Shown here: piece by piece, positions 49,485 through 59,714 of the stretch
Layout of the letters: each line of letters opens with the position of its first letter
Position numbering within the stretch: position 1 is the stretch's first letter
Assembly: GCA_963664825.1 (NCBI GenBank)
Contig: OY761614.1
Coordinates: forward strand, 2,240,001 to 2,304,000
DNA from: an uncultured Holophaga sp.
GTDB taxonomy: Bacteria; Acidobacteriota; Holophagae; Holophagales; Holophagaceae
DNA length: 64,000 nt
Reading direction: 5' to 3'
The notes under the pieces: model-generated
Seen by the model: the letters and a program-made list of their open reading frames with translations, nothing else
Databases searched by the model: none
What the model was told of the DNA's origin: nothing
Position numbers and translations under genes: made by a program

Positions 49485-50413
49485 TCTGGCCCCGGGAGGG
49501 GCTTGTGCGGGTACCATGGAAGAATCCTATCGGGACATTCATGGATTCCTGTTTTATCGCCAACCAGCAGATCCGCGCCGAATTCGTCGAGAAGGGGGCG
49601 GAGCTGCGGCGCTTCCTGCCGATCCAGGGACCGGATCTGCTCTGGAACGGAGACCCCGCAGTCTGGGGGCGGGTTTCCCCCGTGCTCTTCCCCATCGTGG
49701 GGCAGCTGAAGGGCGATGTGCTGAGGCATGACGGACAGGCCTTTCCCATGGGGCGCCATGGTTTCGCCCGGGACCGGGTCTTCACCCTTGTGCGCCTGAG
49801 CCGGGAGAGCTGCACCTGGAGGCTGCGGGACGACGCCCAGAGCCGCGTCCAGTTCCCCTTTCCCTTCGAACTCTGGATCACCTACTCCGTGGAAGGGCCC
49901 GTGCTTCAGGCCGTCTTCGAGGTGCGCAATCCAGGCAAGGAACCCCTGCCCGCGAGCCTGGGGGCTCACCCTGCCTTCCGCTGGCCCCTGCCCGGCGCTG
50001 CCCGGGAGTCCCACCGCCTGGAGTTCCCCAAGGCCGAACCCGCGCCGATCTCGCGCCTCAGCGATGGGCTCTTGGATCCTCACCCCTATCCCAACCCAGT
50101 GGATGGCAAGGTGCTGCGGCTGCGGGATGATCTCTTCACCCAGGATGCCCTCATCTTCGATCAGCTCCAGAGCCGCGCGCTGCGCTACCTGGCGCCGGGG
50201 GCGCTGGGCCTCGAAATGAGTTGGGAGGGCTTCCAACAGCTGGGACTCTGGACCAAGCCCGGGGCCGGTTTTCTCTGCATCGAACCCTGGGCGGGCACGG
50301 CGAGCCCCGTGAGCTTTGATGGCGAGTTCCGGGAGAAACCCGGAATCTTCAGGGTGGAACCCGGGGGCCGCCGTCTCTTCCGCTGGAGTGTCCAGGTCCT
50401 TCCTCAGGACTGA
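49481..50413 (+). CDS. Aldose 1-epimerase (LacX-like) family protein
   Basis: SPVLFPIVG, RHGFAR, GAHPAF and FLCIEPW; start may be 49541. Confidence 0.88.
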   Translation: MIWPREGLVRVPWKNPIGTFMDSCFIANQQIRAEFVEKGAELRRFLPIQGPDLLWNGDPAVWGRVSPVLFPIVGQLKGDVLRHDGQAFPMGRHGFARDRVFTLVRLSRESCTWRLRDDAQSRVQFPFPFELWITYSVEGPVLQAVFEVRNPGKEPLPASLGAHPAFRWPLPGAARESHRLEFPKAEPAPISRLSDGLLDPHPYPNPVDGKVLRLRDDLFTQDALIFDQLQSRALRYLAPGALGLEMSWEGFQQLGLWTKPGAGFLCIEPWAGTASPVSFDGEFREKPGIFRVEPGGRRLFRWSVQVLPQD

Positions 50414-50487
50414 TGGTTCCAGGGCCCAATGCGCCGAAGGGAAGATAAATCGAATCTGCTCGATCGGCAGCAAAGGAACAGGGCTGA

Positions 50488-53400
50488 TTATCGTGGAAGC
50501 GGCTTCCCGAGGAGGCGTTCGATCTCCGCCCCGGCTAAGCAAAGTCCAAGCCGGGCCTGCATGGCCTCCAGTTGGGCTTTCGCCGCTGCGGCCCTGGCTT
50601 CTTCGAGCTTGGTGGGCGGGATGAGACCCGCCTCACGTTGATCCATAGCAATTCGTTGGCTCTCTGATTGGTATTGCGAAGCCTGGTCGGCAGCTTCAAG
50701 GAGCAATTTGGCATCCTCCAGCTTTCGATAGGCCTTTTCGATATCCAACCGAGCCCGATTTTCCACTCGCCGGAGATTCTCCTTGGCCTGGGATGATTCC
50801 GCCGTGCGCTGGTTGATGACGTGGCTGCGCTTCCCCCAGTCGAAGAGGTTCCAGGAGAGCTGCACACCGACGCTCGTGAAATCGCTCCGGAGGAAGGGGA
50901 CGCCGCTCTGGTTGGTGTATTTCACGAAGGCACTGATCTCGGGAATGTAATCCAGCTTGGCTGCACGAATCCCAACGAGTGATTTCTCATGGAGGGCCTT
51001 CGCGGATCGAACATCTGCATTGTCTCGGAGCATCTTGTCCAGCACGGAATCCAAGGGGGGAACGATCGGAGGTTGGATGTCCGCCGGGGAGAGTTCGATC
51101 CCTTCCTCCAGCGGGCATCCGATCAGTTCCTTCAGCTCGCCGACGAGATCCGCTTCCTGGTGCCGGGCGGCGATCTGCTTCTGGCGGGCCTGGAGGAGGG
51201 AGGCTCCCGAGCCCAGATCCAGGACTTTCAGGGCGTTGCCGGCCTTGACGGAGGCGCGGCTCTCCTCCTGGGCGGCCTCCACGGCCGCCACTTCAGTTCT
51301 GGACGCGGCCTGCTGCTGGCGGGCGATGAGGATCCCGAAATAGGTCTGCTGCACGGCCAGGCGGATCTCGCCTTCGGCCTTGGTGAGTTCCGCCTGGGCC
51401 GATTCCAGGTCCCTCTGGGCCGCCAGATCCCCCTGGCGCACCTTCAGGAGTTGAGTCAGCGGCTGTCCCAGCGTGAGGTTCCCGATGGACAGGTTGCGGG
51501 AGCCTTGGTCGAGGCTGACGTTTTGGGATGGGAAGGGGCCGATATCGGCCAGCGTGCCCAGGCCCCCCGCCGGGATGTTGACGAGACCTGAGGTGCTCGT
51601 GCGGCTCCAGTTCCAATCGCCCGTGAGCTGGGGCAGGTAGTCCGTCCGGGAGGCTTTCAGCCGGTGCCGGTTCTCCTCCACCTTGGCCCGGGCGATCCGC
51701 GTGACGGAACTCCGTTCGAGGGCCGATTCCAGGCAAGCTTGGAGCGTGAGGGGCTTGGGAGATTCGCACCAGGCCTGTGTTGCCACCGCAAGGCAGAGGA
51801 CCACAAGGGCCGTGCGCAGGCCCTTGACCCTGCGTTCCATGACGGTGACGTAGAGAACGGGCACCACGAGCAGGGTGAAGACCATGGAGCAGATGAGGCC
51901 CACGGCGATGACGCTGGCCAGGGGGCTCCAGAGCTTCGATCCGGAGAGGATCATGGGCAGCACGCCCACGGCCGCGGCCATGGTGGTCAGGAAGATCGGG
52001 CGCAGTCGCCGGGATCCGGCCTCCATGGCGGCCTCGGTGATGGTGGCTCCTGCCCTGCGGCGCTCCTTGATGTAGTCGACCAGGATGATGGCGTTGCGGA
52101 CCACGATGCCGCAGAGGCTGATCATCCCCATGAAGGCCGTGAACCCGAAGGGATTGGCCGTGACGACGAGTCCGAGCATGGCCCCCAGGAGCGACAGGGG
52201 AATGGAGGCCATGATGATCAGGGGCTCCTTGAGGTTCCGGAACTGGACCAGCAGGACGAGGAAGATGGCGAGCAGGCTGATGCCCAGGGCGATCATCATC
52301 ATGGGAAAGGTCTCTCCCTGGTTCTCGACCTCGCCACCTGATTCGATGCGAACCCCTGGAGGCAAAGTCAGTTTGGACACCCGTTGTCCGACCTTCGCCT
52401 GAAGCGCGGACGCATAGCACCCCGGCTTCACGAAGCTCCTCACCGTCAGTGTGGGCAGGCCGTTCCTGCGCACGAGGCGGCTGGGCTGCCATGCCGGATG
52501 CAGGGTGGCCACGGCCCCGAGAGGCAGGCTGCCCTGGGAAAGGGGGGACGTCATGGGGGCACCTCGGACGGCTCCGAAGCTCCCGCGATGCTGGGCATCG
52601 ATCCTCAGGATCACAGGCACCGCCCGGTCGCCCTCCCAGTAGGTGCTGACGGGGGCTCCTTCCAGTCCCCCTGCGAGGGTCTGGGCGATGCCCATGTGGG
52701 TGAGGCCGAGCCTATTGGCCAGCTCGGGGTTGATATCTACATTGACGAGCGGCGAATCGTTGAAGTGATCCGTGTGCACAAACAGGGATTCGGGACAGCC
52801 GCGCAGGATGTCTTCCACCTGGCGCCCCGCCTCCTTCACGCGCGCCGCATCGTCTCCGACGATCCGGAACTCGACCGGGGCCTCCATGACATCCCCCTGC
52901 TGAAGTTCCTTGACGATCACCAGCCCCTCGGGAGCAATCCGGGCCAGCTCCACCTGGAGCCGGTTGACCAGGCCTTCGGTCTTCTTCGCGTCCTTGGTAT
53001 TGACGACCATCTGCCCGTAGGCCGCATCCGGCTGCTGGGGGTTGACGTTGTAGTAGAAACGGGGGGCGCTCTCCCCGACGAAGGTCGCGAAATGATCGAT
53101 GTCCTTGTTCTGGGAAAGATGCCGCTCGATGTCCTGGAGCGCGGCCTGGGTCGCTTCGATCCGGGTGCCCTGGGGCATCCACAGATCGATGACGAACTGG
53201 TTTCGTTCGGCACTGGGGAAGAACTGTTCGGGAACGACCGCGAACAGCAGGGCCCCGAGGGCGATGCCGAGGGCTCCGAAGCCCAGGGTCAGGGCCTTGC
53301 GGCGCATGGTGAACGCGATGGCTTTCCCGTACTGTGCCTGAATCCAGTCCAGGAGATTGAATTTCTTCGTTCCTGCCTGGCTCGAGGTGGAGGCCTGGAT

Positions 53401-54885
53401 TCCCCTCGTGATGCACTTCCGGCACAGGAGGGGCGTGATGCAGACCGCGACCAGGAGGGAGACGCTCAAGGCCAGTGCCACCGTGATGGGCAGGGCCATG
53501 ATGAACTCGCCCACGCTCCCCTTCAGGATCAACAGAGGCAGGAAGGAGGCGATGATGGTGAGGGTGGCCGTCAGGACCGGGACGAACACCTCCGTGGCCG
53601 ATCTCCAGGCCGCTCGAATGCGCGGAACACCGTGATCCAACAGTTCGAGGTAGTTGTCGGCGATGACGATGGCGTCGTCCACGACGATGCCAAGCACCAC
53701 GATGAGAGCGGCAATGGAGACCTGGTGCAGCTCGATGCCGACCGCGTCCAGGATGCCGAGGGTCCCGAGCATCGTGAGGGGGATGGCGAGGGCCGCGATG
53801 ACCGCCACGCGCATGGGGAGGAGCAGCACGGCCACCAGGATCACGGCGCCGATGGCCAGCAGGAATTCCACGCCCAGGTGGTGCATCCGGGAATCCACCA
53901 CCTGGGGCTGGTTGGCGATGAAATCGAGCCTCAGGTCGGAGGGGAGCCGCTGTTTCAGGCGCGTTAGCGCCTCTGAAACCTTGGTCCCCATCTCCACGAT
54001 GTTCTTCCCCTTCTGCATCTCCACGGAGACGAGCAGGCAGGGCTGGCCATCGAAGCGGACGAGATACTCGGGATCCTTGTAGCGCCGCTCGATCTGGGCC
54101 AGATCCCCGAGGTAGACGGGCTGCCCGCCGGGGGACACGTCGATGATCAGTTTGCGGATCTGTTCCTCTGTGTTGAACAGGCCCGGAGTCTGGAAGGGGA
54201 CCTTCCCGGAATCCGTCTCCAGGCTTCCGGATGGGGCGATGGCGTTCCTCTGGTTCAGGGCCCCGATGATGCGGGTGGGATCCCCCGAATACTGGGACAA
54301 GCGCCCCAGATTGCCGGTGATCCAGATCTGCTCCTCCTGCTGGCCATAGGTGACCAGGCGCCCGACCTCGCGAATGGCCCGGAGCTCGTTCTTGACCTTG
54401 TCGGCATAGTCGCGCAGCTCGCGGTATCCGTACCGCTCACCCCGGATGGCGATGAGCATGGCGACGGTCTCCCCGAAGTCCGAATCCACGACTGGTCCCA
54501 GGACGCCCTGGGGCAGTTCCGTTGCCCTGGCCAGCTCGAGTTCGGCCCTGAGCTTGGCCCAGAAGGTGTCGGCCTGCCGGACGTGGTCTTCCAGTTCCAC
54601 GTTGAAGATCACGAGACCCGGACGGCTCGTTGCAAAGGTCTTGCTCTTTCGGATTTCCGGAAACTTGAAGAGGTGGGCCTCGATGGGGCGCGTGACCTGC
54701 TGCTCGACCTGCTCGGACGTGGCGCCAGGGTAGGCCGCGATCACGAGACCGGTGCGGATGGTGATGCTGGGGTCTTCCGTTCTGGGCATGCCCAGCAGGG
54801 CGTTGAGGCCGAGCACTGCGGCCAGGGCGGCGACCACCAGGGTGACGACGGGATACCTCAGGAAGAACTGGATGGCGCGCTTCAT
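50488..54885 (-). CDS. RND efflux permease fused to a C-terminal TolC-like outer membrane factor
   Basis: RND motifs GIVVDDAIV, GIVVRNAI and RLRPIFLT in the first ~1015 aa; OEP-like repeats DYLPQL..LGQPL and YIPEIS..LSWNLFDWG afterwards. Confidence 0.88.
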   Translation of the reverse strand: MKRAIQFFLRYPVVTLVVAALAAVLGLNALLGMPRTEDPSITIRTGLVIAAYPGATSEQVEQQVTRPIEAHLFKFPEIRKSKTFATSRPGLVIFNVELEDHVRQADTFWAKLRAELELARATELPQGVLGPVVDSDFGETVAMLIAIRGERYGYRELRDYADKVKNELRAIREVGRLVTYGQQEEQIWITGNLGRLSQYSGDPTRIIGALNQRNAIAPSGSLETDSGKVPFQTPGLFNTEEQIRKLIIDVSPGGQPVYLGDLAQIERRYKDPEYLVRFDGQPCLLVSVEMQKGKNIVEMGTKVSEALTRLKQRLPSDLRLDFIANQPQVVDSRMHHLGVEFLLAIGAVILVAVLLLPMRVAVIAALAIPLTMLGTLGILDAVGIELHQVSIAALIVVLGIVVDDAIVIADNYLELLDHGVPRIRAAWRSATEVFVPVLTATLTIIASFLPLLILKGSVGEFIMALPITVALALSVSLLVAVCITPLLCRKCITRGIQASTSSQAGTKKFNLLDWIQAQYGKAIAFTMRRKALTLGFGALGIALGALLFAVVPEQFFPSAERNQFVIDLWMPQGTRIEATQAALQDIERHLSQNKDIDHFATFVGESAPRFYYNVNPQQPDAAYGQMVVNTKDAKKTEGLVNRLQVELARIAPEGLVIVKELQQGDVMEAPVEFRIVGDDAARVKEAGRQVEDILRGCPESLFVHTDHFNDSPLVNVDINPELANRLGLTHMGIAQTLAGGLEGAPVSTYWEGDRAVPVILRIDAQHRGSFGAVRGAPMTSPLSQGSLPLGAVATLHPAWQPSRLVRRNGLPTLTVRSFVKPGCYASALQAKVGQRVSKLTLPPGVRIESGGEVENQGETFPMMMIALGISLLAIFLVLLVQFRNLKEPLIIMASIPLSLLGAMLGLVVTANPFGFTAFMGMISLCGIVVRNAIILVDYIKERRRAGATITEAAMEAGSRRLRPIFLTTMAAAVGVLPMILSGSKLWSPLASVIAVGLICSMVFTLLVVPVLYVTVMERRVKGLRTALVVLCLAVATQAWCESPKPLTLQACLESALERSSVTRIARAKVEENRHRLKASRTDYLPQLTGDWNWSRTSTSGLVNIPAGGLGTLADIGPFPSQNVSLDQGSRNLSIGNLTLGQPLTQLLKVRQGDLAAQRDLESAQAELTKAEGEIRLAVQQTYFGILIARQQQAASRTEVAAVEAAQEESRASVKAGNALKVLDLGSGASLLQARQKQIAARHQEADLVGELKELIGCPLEEGIELSPADIQPPIVPPLDSVLDKMLRDNADVRSAKALHEKSLVGIRAAKLDYIPEISAFVKYTNQSGVPFLRSDFTSVGVQLSWNLFDWGKRSHVINQRTAESSQAKENLRRVENRARLDIEKAYRKLEDAKLLLEAADQASQYQSESQRIAMDQREAGLIPPTKLEEARAAAAKAQLEAMQARLGLCLAGAEIERLLGKPLPR

Positions 54886-54888
54886 GGC

Positions 54889-55980
54889 TCAGTTCCTCCC
54901 GGAAGGAGTGGCCTCGACCTGCACGGGGGCACCATCCCGCAGGAAGTTCTGGCCCGCCACCACGATGTGGGCCGTGGCCTCGAGCCCGGAGCGCACCTGC
55001 ACCCGCTTGCCTTCCAGGACCCCGAGGACAACCCGGCGGGCCAGGACGCGGTTCTCGTTGGGTCGGAATTCGAACACCCTCGGGGCTCCCTGAGGGTCCT
55101 TGACGATGGATTCCAAGGGGACGAGGAGCAGGCGTTCCCTGCGGTCGCCCTGGATCCGGGCCTCGGCCACCATCCCCAGCCGGAGGAGGCCCTTGGGGTT
55201 CTTCACGGAGATACGGGCCATGTAGGTCCGGCTGGCGGGATCCGCGGCCGCATTGATCACGCGCAGGGTCCCCCCGAAGGTCGCCTCGGGCAGGGCTGGC
55301 AGGGTCACCCGCGCGGATTGTCCGATCCTCATGGCTCCCACGAGGTTCTCGGGGATGCCGATCTGGATCTCCACCGGATCCACCTGGGCGATCTCGAAGG
55401 CTGGCTGTCCGGCGGCGACCATAACACCCGGTTCTACGGAGCGGCGCGTGATGACTCCCCCAATGAGGGCCCTCAGGCTCGTGTCGGAAAGGGACTTCCG
55501 GGCGATCTTCTCGCCCGCCTCGGCCTGGAGGAGCTGCTCCCGGGCGGCCTGTTCCGCCAGCTTGAACTTCAGGAAGTCGTTCTCGGCGAGACTCTGCTTG
55601 TCGTAGACGCTCTTCATCCTCTGGCATTCGTCCTGGGCCCTCGTGGCCGCGGCCCGAGCGGACCGCGTCTGCGCGGAGGCGGCCTCGAGGCCCGCGACGT
55701 AGCCGGTCGTCTCGAGGGAGGCCAGGATCTGCCCCTTCCGGACGATCTCCCCCTCCCGGGGCCTCACGCTCACCACGCGGCCCGGCACCTGGAAGGAGAG
55801 GCCCTGGGCCGCACCCTGGGGCACCACTGTTCCGCTCAAGGGGAAGGCTTCCGCCTGCTCGCGGGATTCCGGAAGGGCCACCCGAACCCAGCGGGTGGGT
55901 TCTGGATGGGCATCCCTTTGGGAGCCGCATCCCACCAGGGAGCAAAGGATGGCGAGGGGTACCCAGGTTCGTGCGGACAT
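54889..55980 (-). CDS. RND periplasmic adaptor lipoprotein
   Basis: Lipobox LVGC; LSFQVPGRV, ADPASRTY and LRLGM. Confidence 0.88.
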   Translation of the reverse strand: MSARTWVPLAILCSLVGCGSQRDAHPEPTRWVRVALPESREQAEAFPLSGTVVPQGAAQGLSFQVPGRVVSVRPREGEIVRKGQILASLETTGYVAGLEAASAQTRSARAAATRAQDECQRMKSVYDKQSLAENDFLKFKLAEQAAREQLLQAEAGEKIARKSLSDTSLRALIGGVITRRSVEPGVMVAAGQPAFEIAQVDPVEIQIGIPENLVGAMRIGQSARVTLPALPEATFGGTLRVINAAADPASRTYMARISVKNPKGLLRLGMVAEARIQGDRRERLLLVPLESIVKDPQGAPRVFEFRPNENRVLARRVVLGVLEGKRVQVRSGLEATAHIVVAGQNFLRDGAPVQVEATPSGRN

Positions 55981-56134
55981 AACGCTCCTTACCCTCCGAG
56001 GAGGGGCAAGTCGTTTAGAGGAATAAACAGTCCGTTGGGTTTGCACCAACGACATAAGGGGCCGTAACGAAGGCATCAGAAAGGCATTGGTTATTTCGTA
56101 ACGGCCCCTAAAAGAAATTGGGAACGGGCAGTGG

Positions 56135-56695
56135 CTACTTGAAGCGGGCCAGCAGCTCCCGCTTGATGGCGTCCATCTCCTGATCCGTGAATTCGTAGAG
56201 GCCGAAGACATCGATCAGGACGAAACATTCAACGGCCAGGGTGACGATGGCGGCCCGGGCGAATCCGTCCAGGTCGTCTGCCTGCCGGAAGCGATCCAGG
56301 CGGCTGGCGAACAGCTTCCGCCAGGGATCCAGGAAGGGAGTGTCCCTGCGGAAGTCGGAGCCGTAGAGGCGGATCAGCCCCCTCGCCATGTCCGCGGCGG
56401 ATCCCCGCATGGAAGGCTCCAGGCTCCCTTCGATATAGGTCTTGGCCTCCTTCAGGGTCCCCTTGCCACTTCCGGGCTCCATGTGAGCGGCGGCGGAGGC
56501 GAACTGCTTGAGGATCTCGTCGACCACCCCTTCCACCAGCGCCTCCCGTGTGGGGAAGTGGTGCGTGAGCCCCCCCTTGCTGATTCCCGAACGCTTGACG
56601 ACCGCATCCAGGGTGAGGACGCCCTCCCCGTCCATGAGGATGGCCAGGGCCGCCTGGAGCAGCAGATCGCGGGTATCGGAGCTTCTCGTCGTCAT
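56135..56695 (-). CDS. TetR family regulator
   Basis: LTLDAVV..SGISKGGLTHHFPTREAL. Confidence 0.92.
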   Translation of the reverse strand: MTTRSSDTRDLLLQAALAILMDGEGVLTLDAVVKRSGISKGGLTHHFPTREALVEGVVDEILKQFASAAAHMEPGSGKGTLKEAKTYIEGSLEPSMRGSAADMARGLIRLYGSDFRRDTPFLDPWRKLFASRLDRFRQADDLDGFARAAIVTLAVECFVLIDVFGLYEFTDQEMDAIKRELLARFK

Positions 56696-56717
56696 GGTGA
56701 TGGCACCCTTTGGATAG

Positions 56718-56769
56718 AGACCGACCGGACGGTCTGTAAAAAGATACCGACCAGTCGGTCTGTCGTCAA
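56718..56769 (-). promoter_or_regulatory. Sigma-70 promoter with two TetR-type operators
   Basis: TTGACG (56769-56764), 17-bp spacer, TATCTT (56746-56741); palindromes ACCGAC-CA-GTCGGT (56746-56759) and AGACCG-N6-CGGTCT (56718-56735). Confidence 0.8.
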
Positions 56770-56830
56770 GGGCTCTCTGCCATGCGCGGCTGGTCTCCGT
56801 TTCTGGGAGTTTAGTCAGAGGCCCACGGCC

Positions 56831-57670
56831 CTAGCGTGTCTCGATGGCCATGGCATTGAGGCGCTGGATGCGCTTGGCCATGGGGGGATGGGTGCTGAAC
56901 AGATTGGCAATGCCTCCTCCGGAGAGGGGGTTCACAATCATCATGTGGGCCGTGGCGGGCTGGGCGTCGCGCATGGGGGCTTGGGCGTTGAAACTGGCGA
57001 GGCGCTGGAGGGCGCTGGCCAGCATATCGGGTCGGCCCGTGAGGTGGGCGGAGTAGGCGTCGGCCATGTATTCGCGACTGCGGCTGAGGGCCATCTGGAG
57101 CATCATGGCGGCGATGGGTCCCAGGATGTAGATCAGGAGCCCCGCGATGGGATTGGACCGGCCCTCATCGTCCCTGGGCGAGATCCAGAGGGCCATGTGG
57201 GAGATGAACATGATGGCCTGGGCCAGCACGGCGGCTAGGGAACCGATGAGGATGTCGCGATTCTTGACGTGACCCAGTTCGTGGGCGATGACCCCTTCCA
57301 GCTCGGCACGGTTGAGGGCGCGGAGGATTCCTTCGGTGACGGCCACTACCGCGTGGTCCGGGTTGCGCCCGGTGGCGAAGGCGTTGGGCGTCTCGTCGGG
57401 AATGATGGCCAGCCGCGGCATGGGCAGGCCCGCGCGCTGGGCGAGATTGGCCACGATGGCGTGGAAATCGGGGGCCTCGTTTTGACTGACGACCCGGGCC
57501 CGGTACATGGCCAGGACGATGCGATCGGAGAAGAAGTAGCTCACACCGTTCATGATCAGGCCCACGCCCAGGGCCAGTACGACCCCTGCGTCACCGTAGA
57601 GGTAGGAGCCGATGGCCACCAATAGGGCCGTCATGCCCACGATGAGGATGAAGGACTTGAACCCGTTCAT
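56831..57670 (-). CDS. htpX: Zinc metalloprotease HtpX
   Basis: PNAFATGRNP, HELGH, SRSREY.AD and FSTHPP. Confidence 0.95.
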   Translation of the reverse strand: MNGFKSFILIVGMTALLVAIGSYLYGDAGVVLALGVGLIMNGVSYFFSDRIVLAMYRARVVSQNEAPDFHAIVANLAQRAGLPMPRLAIIPDETPNAFATGRNPDHAVVAVTEGILRALNRAELEGVIAHELGHVKNRDILIGSLAAVLAQAIMFISHMALWISPRDDEGRSNPIAGLLIYILGPIAAMMLQMALSRSREYMADAYSAHLTGRPDMLASALQRLASFNAQAPMRDAQPATAHMMIVNPLSGGGIANLFSTHPPMAKRIQRLNAMAIETR

Positions 57671-57685
57671 GGGGTTACCTCCGGA

Positions 57686-59272
57686 TCACACACAGCGTTT
57701 GACCACCACCAGCGTCACATCGTCCTTGAAGCCCGAACCCTCCATGTGCTTGAAGGTGTCCACCAGGATCCGTTCGAAGATCTCGTCGGCGCTGGCGCTG
57801 GGATCCGTCCGCACGGCCTGGATCAGCGGCTCCTCGCCGAGATCCTGGCCCGCCACGTTCTCGGCCTCCACCAGGCCATCGGTGAAGAGGAGCAGCACAT
57901 CGCCGGGCTCCATGCAGGTATGCCCTTCCCGGAAGATGGCTCCGGGCAGCAGGCCCACCATGGGCCCTGTGGGGGAGAGGCGCCTCACGGGACCGCCGTT
58001 TCCCGGGATCAGCAGGGGGGGATTGTGGCCCCCATTGACATAGCGCAGGTCCCCGTTGCGGGGGTTCAAGCTGCCGGCGAAGAGGGTGGCATAGCGGTTC
58101 CGGTCTCGAACCTCATTCATGCGGGCGTCCAGGCGGAGGGCCAGGCGGCCCCAGTCTTCCACCCGGCGATCCGCCATGGCGCGCAGGAAGGCCGAGAGCT
58201 GGGTCATCATCAGCGAAGCGGGAAGGCCCTTGCCCGAGATATCCCCCAGGGCGATGTGGAGCCGGGGATTCTGGCCAGCCTCCTGGTGGGCCATCCAGAG
58301 ATCGTAGAGGTCGCCCCCCACGGCCTCGAAGGGGAGATTGGCCGCCGCGCACTGCCAGCCTGGGGGTTCCGGCAGCTGCTTGGGCAGGATGCGGCGCTGG
58401 ATGTTGCGGGCCAGATCCAGGTCCTTCTCCATGCGGATGGCCTGGAGGCGGGATTCCCGCAGTTCCAGGGTCGAGAGCTGGGTGGAGGTGATATTGAGCA
58501 GGGTCTGGAAGAAGAGTTCGTCCTCATCGCTGAGGCTGCCCAGGGTCGGCTCAGCCGCATAGGCAAAGCCATGGCTGTGGTCCTGGTCCTGGAGTTCCAC
58601 CGCATGGACCAGCTTCTTGTCTTCGACGATCTGATGGAGGGCGTCCGTGGAGAGTGGGGACGGCAGCTTGCCCAGGCCCCGGGAGAAGAGCACGGCGCCC
58701 TCGGCATCCACCACCAGGAGACGGGAGACCAGGAACTCCGCCATCAGGGAGGAGGCGGCCAGGTGCACCACGTCGGCCTTGGTCTCGGCCTCTCCCAGTC
58801 CGCGGGTGAGATCGAAGAGGGTGTTCAAGCGGGAGAGCTGGAGGGCGAGGGCGCGGTTCTGGTCGCTGCGAAGGGCCTCCAGGCGCCGCCAGGCGAGCAG
58901 GGGCGCGGAGATGGAGAGCAGGAGGGGCAGGGCGGAGGGGGCCCAAGGGGTGCGCACTACCAGATGGCCGAAGAGATCGTCGCCGTACATCCAGGGCAGG
59001 CTCAGCCATCCCGGGCCGGGATTGGTGGGGAAGGGCGCGGCGTTGCCCCGGAGGAAGATCCAGCGGGAGCCGTCCCAGAGGCCACCCTGCCCGGCCTTGG
59101 CGATGCCCAGGGCTGTGACCCCCACCAGGTGCACCAGGGCCTCCTCCGTGACCTGTTCGGGGAAGGTCTCCAGGAAATCCACGATGGGCAGGAGCTCCTG
59201 AGCCCCCTCTGGAATCCGCAGGGAGAGCTCCCGCAGGCGGTCGAAGGGGGAGGCTGGAACAGGTGCGTTCAT
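57686..59272 (-). CDS. SpoIIE/RsbU-type PP2C phosphatase
   Basis: ARNIQRRILP, VGGDLYD, GDISGKG, NGGHNPP, FTDGLVE and DDVT. Confidence 0.9.
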   Translation of the reverse strand: MNAPVPASPFDRLRELSLRIPEGAQELLPIVDFLETFPEQVTEEALVHLVGVTALGIAKAGQGGLWDGSRWIFLRGNAAPFPTNPGPGWLSLPWMYGDDLFGHLVVRTPWAPSALPLLLSISAPLLAWRRLEALRSDQNRALALQLSRLNTLFDLTRGLGEAETKADVVHLAASSLMAEFLVSRLLVVDAEGAVLFSRGLGKLPSPLSTDALHQIVEDKKLVHAVELQDQDHSHGFAYAAEPTLGSLSDEDELFFQTLLNITSTQLSTLELRESRLQAIRMEKDLDLARNIQRRILPKQLPEPPGWQCAAANLPFEAVGGDLYDLWMAHQEAGQNPRLHIALGDISGKGLPASLMMTQLSAFLRAMADRRVEDWGRLALRLDARMNEVRDRNRYATLFAGSLNPRNGDLRYVNGGHNPPLLIPGNGGPVRRLSPTGPMVGLLPGAIFREGHTCMEPGDVLLLFTDGLVEAENVAGQDLGEEPLIQAVRTDPSASADEIFERILVDTFKHMEGSGFKDDVTLVVVKRCV

Positions 59273-59282
59273 GGTCGCGGGA

Positions 59283-59714
59283 TCATTCCACGCGCTTGAT
59301 CATGCAGCACTCGTTGCGCTCCTTGCCTTCCAGGAAATGGACTTCGTCCATGAAGCGGCTCATCAGGAGAAGTCCCAGGCCTCCCTTGCGGGGGTGTTTC
59401 ACGTATTCTCCGGGATCGGGGAGGAAGATCTGGTCTTCGCGGATGCCATGGCCCGTGTGCCAGATGTGAATTTCCAGGGCCGAGGGCACGAAGCGCAGCT
59501 CGATCTCCACCAGGTGATCGGCCTCGCTCCCATAGGCATGCATGATGACGTTGGTGACGGCTTCGTCGACGGCAATGGAGACCTTGGCGGCGGTGGCGTC
59601 GTCCATGCCGGCGACCATGGAAGCCCTTTTCGCCAAACCGGTCACCAGGTTCAGGTACCGGGTCTGGCTGGGGATGACCAGGCGGAAGGTCTCGGGAGGG
59701 GGCGCGACTTTCAC
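59283..59714 (-). CDS. RsbW/SpoIIAB-type anti-sigma kinase
   Basis: AVDEAVTNVIMHAY and GGLGLLLM..FMDEV. Confidence 0.88.
   Translation of the reverse strand: MKVAPPPETFRLVIPSQTRYLNLVTGLAKRASMVAGMDDATAAKVSIAVDEAVTNVIMHAYGSEADHLVEIELRFVPSALEIHIWHTGHGIREDQIFLPDPGEYVKHPRKGGLGLLLMSRFMDEVHFLEGKERNECCMIKRVE

Noticed and set aside
28428..59299. Many long opposite-strand or alternate-frame ORFs (e.g. 28428-29996, 34291-35997, 42316-43902, 57746-59299)
   Set aside because: They overlap well-supported genes, lack motifs and are expected in high-GC DNA with few stop codons.
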